Shown here: piece by piece, positions 42,318 to 54,476 of the stretch
Layout of the letters: the number at the start of each line of letters is the position of its first letter
Numbering within the stretch: position 1 is the first letter of the stretch
From: Tubiluchus corallicola
Taxonomy: Eukaryota > Animalia > Priapulida
NCBI GenBank assembly: GCA_030141605.1
Contig: JAQGDQ010000178.1
Location: forward strand, 124,001-188,000
Direction of reading: 5' to 3'
DNA: 64,000 nucleotides
The notes under the pieces: model-generated
The model's input: the letters and a program-made list of their open reading frames with translations, nothing else
Told to the model about the DNA's origin: nothing
Databases searched by the model: none
Position numbers and translations under genes: made by a program

Positions 42318-42530
42318 AATCCAGGTAAAATCACAGGTAAAAAAGTCGCAGGACAAAGAATAACCCTAACCTTAACCTTAACCCTAACCCCTAATCCTAT
42401 CTGCGACTTGATTATTTTTGCTTGATTAACTGACTTTCTTTCCTAGCAAAAATGTAACTTTTTTCAGGCCAGCATAAATTAATTGTGACTTTTTTCGTGT
42501 GACTTTTTGCTGTGACTACTTTTCCTGTCA
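42318..42530 (+). mobile_element. MITE-like element with internal (CCCTAA)n and GTGACTTTTT subrepeats
   Basis: Starts GAATCCAGGTAAAA; TAACCCTAACCTTAACCTTAACCCTAAC at ~42361-42390; inverted AAAAAGTC/GACTTTTT arrays; related inverted copy at 53098-53250. Confidence 0.65.
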
Positions 42531-45500
42531 CCGGTTATTGTGCACTATGTAACTTTAAAATTAACCTGATTATTTCTGTGCAGCATAGTTTGCCCTGACA
42601 TTTTTGTCCTCTCGTTTTTCTCATTTCTGTGTTTGTAGAAAAATCTGTATGGGTAACGCTGTCTAAAGTTTCTACAATAATAAAGTAAAAATAACTTTAA
42701 AAATTAGAAAACTACTAAAGTGTGTTACTCATAATAACTAGCTATGGTATTTTTTTTCAACACGAGTATAGGGTTAAAGGAGAAGAAAATGATACTTTAA
42801 AGTATGTCCAAAAAACCTCCTACACAACGATATTACTTAGCATTACGCTTGTAAACCTGTTTGAAAGACTTATGTAATTAGAAAAGAAAATTCTTAATAA
42901 TTTAAAATATTCGCGCCACCTGGTAATATATTCGCGGCACTGTGCATCGCCATCCCAGTATACGTCACTGATTCACCAGAAAAAAACACATTAATAATTT
43001 TATTGACAATATAAAGCAATTTACATTTCTTCTTTCTTAGTGAAGAGTCTGTGTTACTGACGCTCTCACTGATTTTTCAAATTTTACGTAATGTTATCTA
43101 AACCTTTTCCAAGCCTTTTCTCAAATTCTGTTCTTACAAGCGTAATGAAGAGGCGCTCTAGATGGGTAGATAAATTTAAGGAAAAGGCTTTGGGGAAGTT
43201 TTTAATAGGCTAATTAATACCTTTTATAGGCTGTACTGTCGTTCAGTTTGCTTGATATTTATGATTTTCTATTCGAGGAATTAAATTAGCGTAAGGTAAC
43301 TTGCTTGATTAACAACAATACTGGCACAGTGAGAAAGTTCAAGTGGACAATTAATTTTACACGCAAAGCGTAAATGCCAAAGAGTTATTCTCTTAAAGTA
43401 AAGCAAATGTTAAGCTCTTATAATAACAGTTACTATAACAGTTGCTGGCCAAAGTTCAGTATTCTTAGTTTGTTTTGACAGTCTCGGCTGTTGCCAAAGG
43501 AAAACGCCTACAACTTGAGTCTATTTGCACCCAGCGGATAATTTTATTGTAAATTGTGTAACGAGAAAGCAGTCAGTCAGTCAGTCGGTTCGTTCTGCCA
43601 GTTTATTTGTTGGTTGTTGGTTTATCTAATGCTTGAAATGCCTATTTCGACTTGTGCTGGCTGCGTAATTTAAAAAATGTGAATTCGCACTTTTAAAAAT
43701 TACCTTTCAAATTTTTAATCTGAAATTCCACAGAAACCTGGAGTGACGTCATAACACACTTGATTAGACCGTGGGATTTTCAGTCGTTCATTCGGCTCAT
43801 CATTCAGGCGGAAATTCCCTCTTAAGAAGAATCTGATCTGCTCTTCACTGCAAGATTGAAAAGCTTAATCCTCTTTCCGGGTTCAGAATCTCAATACGTG
43901 TCACTTGAAGCTCAACTTTTATAGTGGGTCTAGCAAACTTTTTGCCTATAAAATACTGTGCATACATTTGGACGTAATGCAGTCTAATTACTATAGTTAC
44001 CTATTGTAAATTTGTATGTGTGATTGAGTAGCGTTTAGTTTATTGTATTGCGTACTGTCATAATAATGTACATAATAATGTACATAAAAAATCACAGATC
44101 ACACAAAGCATCCCAACACTTGTCTATAATCGTCATAATTAGTGAAGAAGTAAAAGAAACAGTAACGGTGAAATAGTAAATAGTAGTTATTTGTTTACAA
44201 AAATAATATTATTACAATAATGTGCTTTTACTATCACTTGAAAATGATTTTCTGTGACTAAGAAATATTTTCTTCTTTTAAAACAGTCTGTAATATAATT
44301 TCAAATTAAATTTGCAAGTTCACTTTCATTTCCACTCGTCAGAAATGTAAATTTTTCATGTACTGTAAGACTAATAAAGTTTGGGAAAATTTCATTGACA
44401 TAAGAAAACAGGTTTTGTGTTACTTAGTAATTACTTCGTAATACACTTTACTTACTTTAGTAGCCTGCTGTTCTGTGGTGCCTAGGCAGTGACGCATTTC
44501 TCAGTGCTGTTGTCGTTGTGGTCGTGTGGCGTTGCCGGACAGAGAAAAACTGGTTGATAAATGTGATAAGAACTTATAATACAAATTTAATATCTGAAAA
44601 TATGATTTAAATATGTGAATGTAAAATCTAAAAGAGCTTCTTTCAATTGCAATTGTTACTTCATTTTTACAGTTTAAATTTAATATTACAGGAGACAATA
44701 TTGGGCACTTTTATATTTAAATTGGTTGGAAGAACTTTTTTTATGTATGGGCAGGCTGTAACTCTCTGATGAGTTTTGTAAAGCTAACTTGAGGCGCGAA
44801 TGATACTTGGCGTAGTAGATTATTCTCTTTAAGCACATCATTCAATACGTGCAGCTGTCGCGTGTAAACATAAATTACATGTGCTACTAACAAACGAGCA
44901 AGTTATTTGCATATTAACAACATAGCCATGGGCGTCATATACTCAGATGGTATCATCACGCCATGACGAATACGGGAAGCCTGCATATTTAGGTCTTTGC
45001 TGGGCCACTCGTTTTAATGTTTACGTAGACGTGGATTCGCCCCAACTACTTTTCGCCTCCTGTGGAACCATGTACATGTAACGTGAAGAAAAAAAGCGTT
45101 GAAGACTAACATATGTGTTTGGCAGTTGATGGCTGGACTACAAGGAAATGTGTGAAGCCACGAAAACTCATTACATCGTTCTTATTCTCTTAGACGCATT
45201 AGCAAGAAGCCACGCGTGTACGACAAAAAATACGACGCCACGTAAACCGTTTTTCGAAGATACATCTCATAAATTTTTCGTGAAACTATGATAAATTATG
45301 GCAATTACACACTCTCAACTTTAGTCGATGCAACAGTTAAAGGTCAAATACACCTTACTTTATGAAGATTCAGTTTTACACAAAAACAAAAAGAAAATGA
45401 TCAAACTAAGATTTTTTTTGATACTTTTAACTTTTTTCTTAGTAGTTTGTTTAAGAGGAAATCGGGTGTGAAGGTGACATTTCCGAGAAAAGTCTGAAAC

Positions 45501-47939
45501 TGGATTTCGGGCGTTTTACTCGTGAGATGACACCAGCGAAATACAGACACCTAGTTACGGCAGCATTTGCGTTTGGTTAACACGTGTCACATTTCGCTGT
45601 TTAGCATTGTTCACAATTTTAGCATCACATAAACAACACGGTATCCAAGGAAGCCATTCGCTTTTCGGAAATTTCCCGAGCAAAATGAACAAAATGCCTT
45701 GATGGGAAAATGCAACTTCGAGGCCCGATGTCATTAGGAAGAAAGCCACGAAATTTAATAAAATTACGTCAAATTTTAACTTACAGTTAGCTCCTTTTAC
45801 AGACAAAAACTTGTTTTTACGTTAAATTTGATCTTACATGTGTTGTGGTTATCAGTTGCATTTGTTGCCAAAGGGCTTTTATTAGCTTCAAAATAGCTCA
45901 GTTTGATCATCTTTTCCTGTTTTCCTTAATCAGCTACAACTAAAAAAATGGCTATAGTTTTTACATATTTAATTTCACACATACAAACGAAAAAGAAGGA
46001 AGCGTGTGGAAAAGTGTGGCAAAATTTCAAAACTAAAATGCTGAACCAAGACATCGTTGAACGATGGATTTGAAGAATTCTTGACGAGCCTTCCCTTCTT
46101 GAAAATATCGAGCTTTGTCATTATTTTGTGCCATCAATATTGTTTGTGATTCGTAACTAGAGTGCAACAATTATAATTTTTGCTTTGTGCTTTGAAGTGA
46201 TTGTGTAGGAATGAGAGGAAATGGCAGACCCACTATGGTTAAGAGCTATGACAAGCCAATATAAAAATGTTTTTTGTGCTCGTATATTAAATGGTGATTA
46301 CATTATTTCTTATTTAATTTGTTTTTATCACATTTTTCTCGGTTTTCTTTATTTCGTTCAATTTTTTCCAAGTGGGGGGAGGGAAGTAAATAATTTCTTT
46401 GACACCTTGTAATTACACATGTGTATAAATATCTACAGTGAAGATTGTCCATATTGTCAAACTGTGAACAGGTCGCCGTTGTCGCTGCGATAGGTTTCCT
46501 TAGTTAGCTGCGTCTTATTAGAGAGTTTTTGTCTCGCAGTGAGTCGTTTCTTTACCATTAAATGCCTATTGATTACGCATTAGCCAGCTAATTAACAGCA
46601 GTGCTAATTGATTAAGTGTTTTTAAAACGTCATATTAAACACGGTTTTGTTGGCACAATCAGTCATGGTTGTTACGACGCTGTATAATAATGATTTCATT
46701 AGATTGATGATAAAATTTCCGTAAATTATTTACAGCGAGTACATCCTCGTGTTCTACATGAATATTGCTTATAGACGAAAATTAATTAGCAGGTTTTCGT
46801 CCTTTAAGGTGCATTTATAACGTTTGCATTTTTACAAAGAATAGCTGGGATAATGGATAATTATTTAGAAGTATTACTTCATTTTCTGAGGTTATTGTTC
46901 AATGGGTTTTTGTCGAAAACCGGTCATCTTCATGAGCTGTAATAAAATAATACAATTAAAAAAATTTAAAATTATAACCAACAAAGTCGTTTACAATTTT
47001 CGATCTAATACTAACCGTCTAACTACACTGGATCTAACTTTCGGTCAAGCTAGAAAGAGTTGCCGTGCCTACTATAGCCTACTATATACCTACTATACCA
47101 ACCTACTATAGCTAAGAATTTAACATCGAGTTTTATCTAACACAATACAGATGTGCAGCGCGATCAAGTTTTCGCCAGTTTAACCAAGCCATCCCTAGAG
47201 CCGTTTCACTGTACCATTCTGTCACGTCCACCCCAACAAAAACCATTTTTGCTTCAAAAATAGCATTCAACGTACGAAAAGCAGGATGGAAAACAAATTA
47301 GAAGCAGCGCGTGTTTTGAATAATCAATTCACAAGTAATATTCGTCTCATTTTCAAACTTCTCTCTTAATACAGGGTTAAACGGTGGGATTCTCAGCATC
47401 TGCGTCAGAACAAAACACAAAGAGATTTGTTTAGCTAACTCTCGAAATGCTGATGATTTTGGATGAAATTTAACATCTGTTGTGCTTTCGTCTCTAACGG
47501 GAGACTTAAAGGACCACATTTAGCATCCCATTTTTCCACGGTTGTTAAGTGCATTAAAGTGAAGAGCTCCGTGTTCTTGCACATGTAATGTCTAATGCTC
47601 TGTTATCAGTTAAAAGTCAAAAATTATGCTGGCTTGCCATAAATTCAAAATGTTCAAAAATAAATGTTGCAAAAAATAATTATAAGCCCTATGCATGTGG
47701 TAAAGAAATAACTGGTGTTTTTGAAGAGAAAAACCAAGGAAGTAAATAAAAACTAGCGAATCCGGATAGCATTTAATTTTCAACGAACATCACTTATGCT
47801 GAATGTAAGGCCAAAGCGTGTGGGAAGTCAGGTTTATTTCAATATTCACGAAAAATGTTAGAAGGATTTAGTAATACAAGTGTGATAAGCGCCTCGTGTA
47901 ATTAGTAAAATCAAGTTTAAAGTTACCATCATTTCCCGC

Positions 47940-48030
47940 GTTGGCGCTCCTATTTTGAACACCATTGTTCCACCAATGACGTCATTCATTACCTAAAGAA
48001 AAGCAGTGCACTGTCAATTTGTGACAAAAA
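47940..48030 (+). repeat. Dispersed repeat, inverted copy of ~52140-52225
   Basis: TTGGCGCTCCTATTTTGAACAC..TTCCACCAATGA..ACCTAAAGAAAAGCAG..CAATTTGTG aligns to the reverse complement of 52140-52225. Confidence 0.75.
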
Positions 48031-48602
48031 AGTGCTTTTCTCATTTTCTGATGTCTGATTTTCTGTATTTTTGCATGAACATTAGGTCTTAAAGCAAAAG
48101 GTAAACAGCGCGAGATTACGGAAAACCAGGGTGTGCTTACGAAAGTCACGAATTCCACCAGTTGCATTAAAATTTTCAAGTGAATTGCGGCTACCACCGC
48201 GCCTGAAAATTCCTATTCAGCGATAATGCAAATTAACTTTATGCTTTATAAACAGTTTTTTGCTAATTTCTTTGTTATATATTTCTAAATTTAAGTGATA
48301 ATGGTAAAATAAACCAAACATGCTAAGGGACTTGTCCTTTCCTTTAATATTTGATTTTGCCGTTATTCGCAGTTCTGATGGCCATTAATCGACCAGGGAG
48401 GGAAGCGATCACAGAAGTTCTCCAAGGACACTGGTGTCATAGCATAAGAACTTCGTAGATTAACGCAAATTTAATTATTAACGATAAGAAAGATGACAAA
48501 ATCCCATGATTAAGAAACCAGGACAAAATACGACAAAATCCCATAAATAAAAAACAAGGGCAAAGGCACAGCAAATCCCACAATTAAGAAACAAAGACAA
48601 AA

Positions 48603-48642
48603 CACAACGTTTCAAAGCGCTTCGGGGGTTTACCTTCAGGTG
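48603..48642 (-). ncRNA. Second minimal hammerhead relic (Penelope-like)
   Basis: Minus strand CAC-CTGAAGG-T-AAA(CCCCCGAAGCGC)TTT-GAA-ACGT-T-GTG: stem I CAC/GTG, palindromic ACGT, A9>G change; adjacent ~40-bp AAATCCCA..AAGAAAC repeats at 48495-48600. Confidence 0.5.
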
Positions 48643-51600
48643 AAAGAATAAGAAAGAGAGAAGGAGAAAACACCTAAAATTACTAGCACTGCTTTTTTGG
48701 GAGTTCTTATGTCATAATATGTAAAAATATCACGCTTAAATAAGTTTCTGCGGCAAGCGCGGTGCATTATCCGGTTAGACCGGTAAACCGTGACTCAGCG
48801 AAATCACGTTGAGGAGAAATGTAGCTCAGCATCTTCACAGTGAAAATCTCCATAGTGTTCATTCACACACACTCTCTTTCCTCTTTGTATATTCTTTAAC
48901 ACAATCAATAGTCAATTTAGACGTGAAATTAGAAAATTCGTTTCGTTTATGACAAAAAGATTTCTCGCTGTCTTCTGCTTTATTCGCGGTCTCAAGTGGT
49001 TGCTGAAGAGATGAAGCTACGATCACTGATGCTTGGCCTGTATAGTACCTTGTCAGTGCTTTAACCAAGCGAGAAGAAAATTGTCAGATATTTTAGCAGA
49101 CAGTTATAGCTGAGACAATCTAGTGAAGCATCTTTTAGTTTTAGACATGCAAAATGAAAATTTTTTACTGAACGGTGTGCTAACGATGCAAAAAAGTAGA
49201 AAGTTTGGAAATCAGTCAGCAAAATTATGGCTTAATAATTATGCAACGTTAAACATTGAAAAGCTTATTAGTAAACGGATCTAAAATAGTAATGCTAATT
49301 TACCTCAAAGAAAACGGAATTAACTTCAAATGGGACTTTACAAATTTAAAAAGTTTGCTTGACTACTCGCTCACTTCGATTACTACGCAAAGCGAATCAA
49401 GCCAAAAACTTTACAAAATGCAAAAGAAATAAATCTTTTAACGTTATTATATATAATATATATGCATATAGCTAAGATTATCTAATCGTAATGGTTAAAT
49501 GTGGCCATTTATCAAAAATGTGCTTTAATAATAGTTATATAATGACTGTAATTACTATGTAACGACTGCCGAATATTGATAAAATTGATCATTTCTTTAG
49601 GCTAAATGATAAAAGTTTCTCTCTATTATTCTTTCTCGTTCTTCTCTTTCTTACTGTTTCTTTACTTTTACGTCTAAAAGCGTTTTTAAAATAAATATTT
49701 AATAACGATACGAATCTGCTATTCCTCTTTCATCGCCTTTTGCTCCTCTTCCTCCTCCTGCTCTCCTCCTTATTTCTCTTTTTCTTGTTCTCTCCTCCTC
49801 ATTATTTCCTTTTTTGATTTCCGTTTGCCAAAACTGCTCGAAACCGTTCACCAAAATCTTTCTGACTTTCTTTTATTATATTGTGATTCCTGAATTGTTA
49901 AATCTAGATATGACTAAGTAACTGCTTTTAATAACAATAAAACTTGGATGTTCTTAGTGTCGGCCAAACTCTACACAAAGCGCTGTTATGGTTCTAACAA
50001 CTGAGCAAGGGTACGTCAGATCTTACAGTAGTAGCAGGTACTAGTATTTTTATTGTCATTAAGACCAACAAGATTACATTTACTACAATGATACTTGCCA
50101 CGTGCAATATTATTATTAGTACAAAACAAAATATTAGTTTACAAGTTTTGCTAAAGTATTGCACAAAAATACCCCTAGTAATGGCAGTAAAAATTTTTAC
50201 ATATTGATATCCGGAAAGCTATTAACAACCAGATAACAATTTAGTGATAAAATTTTAGCTAACTTAACTGTCACTTACATAAATAAATTAAAAATATCGC
50301 TTAAAAATTTTCCGCAGGTTAAAGGGTTGATATTACGAAACTCCAGAACATTACTTAAATTTAGATTGTATTTTCGTTTCACCGTTTTTGTTAATTCGCA
50401 AATAGTAAGTAACGACGAGTCGTGTTCTTCATCTTGCACTGCCTTACTGCAGGGGTACAGCCTTAGGTCATGTGGGATAGGGGGCCTATGCCAACGTTCT
50501 GTCTTAACTTTTAATCTGCGTGAAGACAGAAAACGGCTAAAGGTAATTTGAAAGGCACCTGGAATAGTAGATTATAAATTTCTTGTTGTTTTGCGGAGGG
50601 ATTTAACATTAAGTAAATAGCGAATCTAGTCTGGTTTTCTCTTGTAATACATTTTAGGCTACTTGTTGAACTATGATCAAAACAACGATTGAATGCTCTA
50701 AAATTTGAGGAATTACTTGGCAGGTTATTCATAAATTCCCATGCTTCAAGGCTGCATGAATGAAGCTTTTTGTTTATGTAGTCGGCTCTTCTCTAAAAAA
50801 TTCTGTGTTTTAAGTTCGGCATATATAAAATTTTTAAACTCAAGCATTGTAAATAGTTACGCATGTATCTATTTATGCGTATAACATGACCACTCATCAA
50901 TGAAGTTGCAGAGCTCGGTTTTTGTAACTCTGAGATTTTATAGCTTGCTGTAATGTAATAAACTTATAATGCAATTATTATACGGGTCAATCAATTACCT
51001 GTCAAAAGCATTAATGCAGGTTAAATAGAGGAAGAGTAGAAGTCAATAAGCAAAGGCCGTGTTTGCCATTTTAAGCAGCACAGTATTAATTTATGGCTTT
51101 ATATTAAGATCCCACCATTTAATTACTACTGGCCTTGTACAAGCAACAAAGTAAGCAGCAAGTATCATTGAAAACAGAAGCGTTCTAGAAAATAAAAGGT
51201 TAATGTTGGTTTATGCTGTTCAAAAGGTGACTTGTGTATCTCCCGTTTGCAAAGCATTTGTTGCATTAGTTTCTTTCTTTCTCCGTGATGTACGTATGAC
51301 ATACAGGAAAGCATTACTGCTACTGCTTTTAAAACGGCATTGCTCCTTTTATTAACATTTTTGTATGAACTTTAGACAACATAGCTATAAACTTCATGAT
51401 CATTAAAGGAAAGGGCAAGTCACTTAGCATATTGGGTTTATTTTACCGCTCTTACTTAAACTTAGAAAGATATAACAAAGAAACTTGTAATGGCTGTTTA
51501 TAGAAAGCAGTGTTAATTTATACTACTGATGTACAGAAATTTTCAGGCGTGGCGCTGGCCGCTATTCATTTACAAGTTATCGTTGCTTTAATATCGTATA

Positions 51601-51761
51601 GCTATTAAACAGAGCAGTACATCGTTTTATTCACATCAGTTTATTGCCTTAAGTAGAGTTTCAACGGCAGTCTAATTAAGAATTATTTAACAATGGAGAC
51701 AGGGGTATCCAAGTTACCAGCTTGCGAAAGATCTTCATGTGAATGGTAAAAAAGAAGAAGT

Positions 51762-52030
51762 ATCGTGGCTTTTCCTGACAGCATCGTGGCTTTTCCTGAG
51801 AGCATCGTAGCTTTTCCTGAGAGCATCGTGGCTTTTCCTGAGAGCATCGTAGCTTTTCCTGAGAGCATCGTGGCTTTTCCTGAGTGCATCGTAGCTTTTC
51901 CTGAGAGCATCGTGGCTTTTCCTGAGAGCATCGTGCTTTTCCTGAGAGCATCGTGGCTTTTCCTGAGAGCATCGTGGCTTTTCCTGAGAGCATCGTGGCT
52001 TTTCCTGAGAGCATCGTGGCTTTTCGTGAG
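51762..52030. repeat. 21-bp minisatellite, ~13 copies
   Basis: Unit ATCGTGGCTTTTCCTGAGAGC; G/A variants alternate in part of the array; one unit has a 1-bp deletion. Confidence 0.95.
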
Positions 52031-53097
52031 CGCGCGACGGTTAGAACGATTCAAACTCCTGTACCTAACATAGTGTTCACGCAGAAATAACACTAAAATT
52101 AAGCATGTACTTTTTTGTGCATACTTCTTATACTTTCGACACAAATTGTCAGCGTGCTGCTTATCTTCAGGTGATGAACGACTCATTGGTGGAAGAACGA
52201 GTGTTCAAAACGGGAGCGCCCAAGCGCCCAACGATCGCGACCTTACCGTGATTTTCCTAATTAAACATGACACTTATAGCAATTTTATAATAAAATCTTT
52301 CTAATATTTTTGCCGGATATGGAAATAAGCATAGCTTCCCAGAAAGCTTGGCATTTCCTTTAATCATTCTGACGTCATTGCTCAACTGGTGCAGCTAGAA
52401 AGCATTCGTTCAGGCAGGTATACACTTCTACGCAAAAACTTGCGTTTATAGTCCGGCCTATTGTAAACACTATGTTTTCCTTTGTGTGCCTACCTAATCA
52501 CAGCCGCACTTCTTTGTAGTTTGGTCAACATATTATGGAATATCTGCATACTTCTCCTGCACAGCTTCCTTTGGAATCTCTTGTATAAAATTACAGTTAG
52601 AAGCATCAACACTTCAAGTAGTGTAGTGCGAAATGAACCGGAGAAGTGTCTAAAATGCCACACATCCGTTTGGGTTGCTCTCCAAAAAACCCTTAAACTA
52701 GGGGTTAGGTCCTTTACATCGGACACGGATATATTGGACCTTTTAGACAAAATGTTAATAAAAAACTAGAGATTGCGCCTTTTTGCAAAGTTGGTTAGAT
52801 CACGTGACTACCGTTCGACATAAAAATCAATAAATGTTCAGATATTCATCTTCATTAAACGTCGCAAAGGAATGCATCTACAATAAGAAAGTGGAATGTG
52901 TTGAGTACAGCTGCTACTGGCATTACACAGCTAAATAGCGCTTAAATGTGTTAAATATTGCCGCTAATGACACTCAATTTACAACAAATGCCATTTTCCC
53001 AACTTTTTTCTTACAGAAGCTTGATTGTATACCAACTCGCTTCCTGTACGTTAATGCATTTCATAAATTAAAGGAATGTTTGGACTTTTCCATTAAC

Positions 53098-53250
53098 CAA
53101 TCCAGAAGTCACAGGAAAAAAGTCCCAGTTAATTTGGCTAGGGTTAAGGTTAGGGTTAGGGTAATATCTTTTTCGTATGCCTTTTTTCTGTGACTTTTTC
53201 TGTGACTTTTTCACCTAGGACTTTTTACCTGTGACTTTTTTACATAGATT
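53098..53250 (-). mobile_element. MITE-like element with (TTAGGG)n core, second copy
   Basis: TAGGGTTAAGGTTAGGGTTAGGGT; GTGACTTTTT repeats; end TTTTACATAGATTC is the reverse complement of a GAATC.A.GTAAAA terminus. Confidence 0.65.
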
Positions 53251-53409
53251 CGAAAACGTTTTGGCGTTTGCGAAAACAATGACATGGCTAATAACGCGTC
53301 AGTGTCAGTAAAAACAATGTTAACAATGAAGGTTACAAACCCCATAAGTAAGAACTTGAAAGTAAGAAGTAGGAAAAAGTAGTTAAAGTGACTGCCTTGA
53401 TTACTAGGA

Positions 53410-53570
53410 TGTGGTAGCCTGGTCTGTCATATAAGTAGAAGGTCTCCTTTTCAAATCCAGGCTGTACCTCAACTTTCCTACACTTCCACTAAAGTTTAGT
53501 GTTAAGATTTAAGTAATTGTGGTTTTGTACCATCATTAATAATCTTGACATTAAGATTAGTAACACTAAC
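53410..53570 (+). mobile_element. tRNA-derived SINE, second copy
   Basis: TTCAAATCCAG B-box remnant; TTTGTACCATCATTAATAATCTTGA shared with 39437-39600. Confidence 0.6.
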
Positions 53571-54476
53571 AACAATTAGCATCGAACATGACTGAGTTTA
53601 GACGAATGACGACTCGCGGAAACTTATGTTAGTACTACAGCAGTCATGGGAGTAAAAGGCAGCAAGGGTACTCGAGGAAGTGGTGGCTCTCTTATACATA
53701 CTGCCTGTAACAACTTGCCTAAGACAGATTTTTGCTCGTCTGGGGACTGGATAAACAATCATTTAAACCCTTTGTCGCACACAGATTTTTATTAATCATG
53801 CTTAATTTTCTGTCTCAGTATCTTAATTTAAAGATAATCGTCTGTGGGCTTGGAACAAAAATCTATCTAGGACAAAACTAGATCAGACCTATAAAAAGTA
53901 ATGGTTGCGGTCACATGTTATCTAATAATTGTTTACTGAGATTACTAATGACACAGTTTGCTGCACAGGAAAGCTGCATGTGCTGGAAATATTGTTTGCG
54001 GCAATTTGCGTCAGACACTTTTCACCGCGTGCGACTTGTATTAAAAATTTATATGCATTGACTAACCTCAAAGTCATTTTGGCCAATGTCCACATTCATG
54101 AACACTTTGAAGTTTGAGTTGTCAGCTTACCAGTTAGTGTTAACGCACTTAATTTCCTTTTGCACAGTTTTTCACATTATCATTAACATTGGTGATATTA
54201 TTGGCAGTATTAGTTGTTGTTGATATTAGAAAAAGTCAAATCATCATATTCTCTATTACTGTGTCACTCACCCGACTTTGGTTAGGGCCTATTTTGTTCC
54301 TTTCAAAGGAGTGCTTGCCAACCTTATTACTGACACCGTGTTTGAGACAGCGCAAACATTGAAATTGCAATGATTTGATGTGTCACGATGTTCCCACATT
54401 GTCATGACTGTACGTAATAATATTAAACCAAGTCCAGTAATTCAGTTTACTATAATTTTGTGTATGTATGTTTCAG

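Larger units (their letters stand above)
42116..54476 (+). other. 12,361-bp phase-0 GT-AG intron of the H1-like receptor
   Basis: GTAAGT...TTTCAG; joins KRLQT|VSNMFIMSLAIADL with no missing residues. Confidence 0.9.

Noticed and set aside
42361-42400. True telomere or chromosome fusion site
   Set aside because: Only a few degenerate units embedded in a dispersed MITE-like element
44761-44795. CTGATGAG-TTT..AAAGC as another hammerhead
   Set aside because: No GAAA core after the putative stem II
51676-52186. ORFs with MLSGKAT / HDALRKS repeats
   Set aside because: Products of the 21-bp minisatellite, open in several frames on both strands
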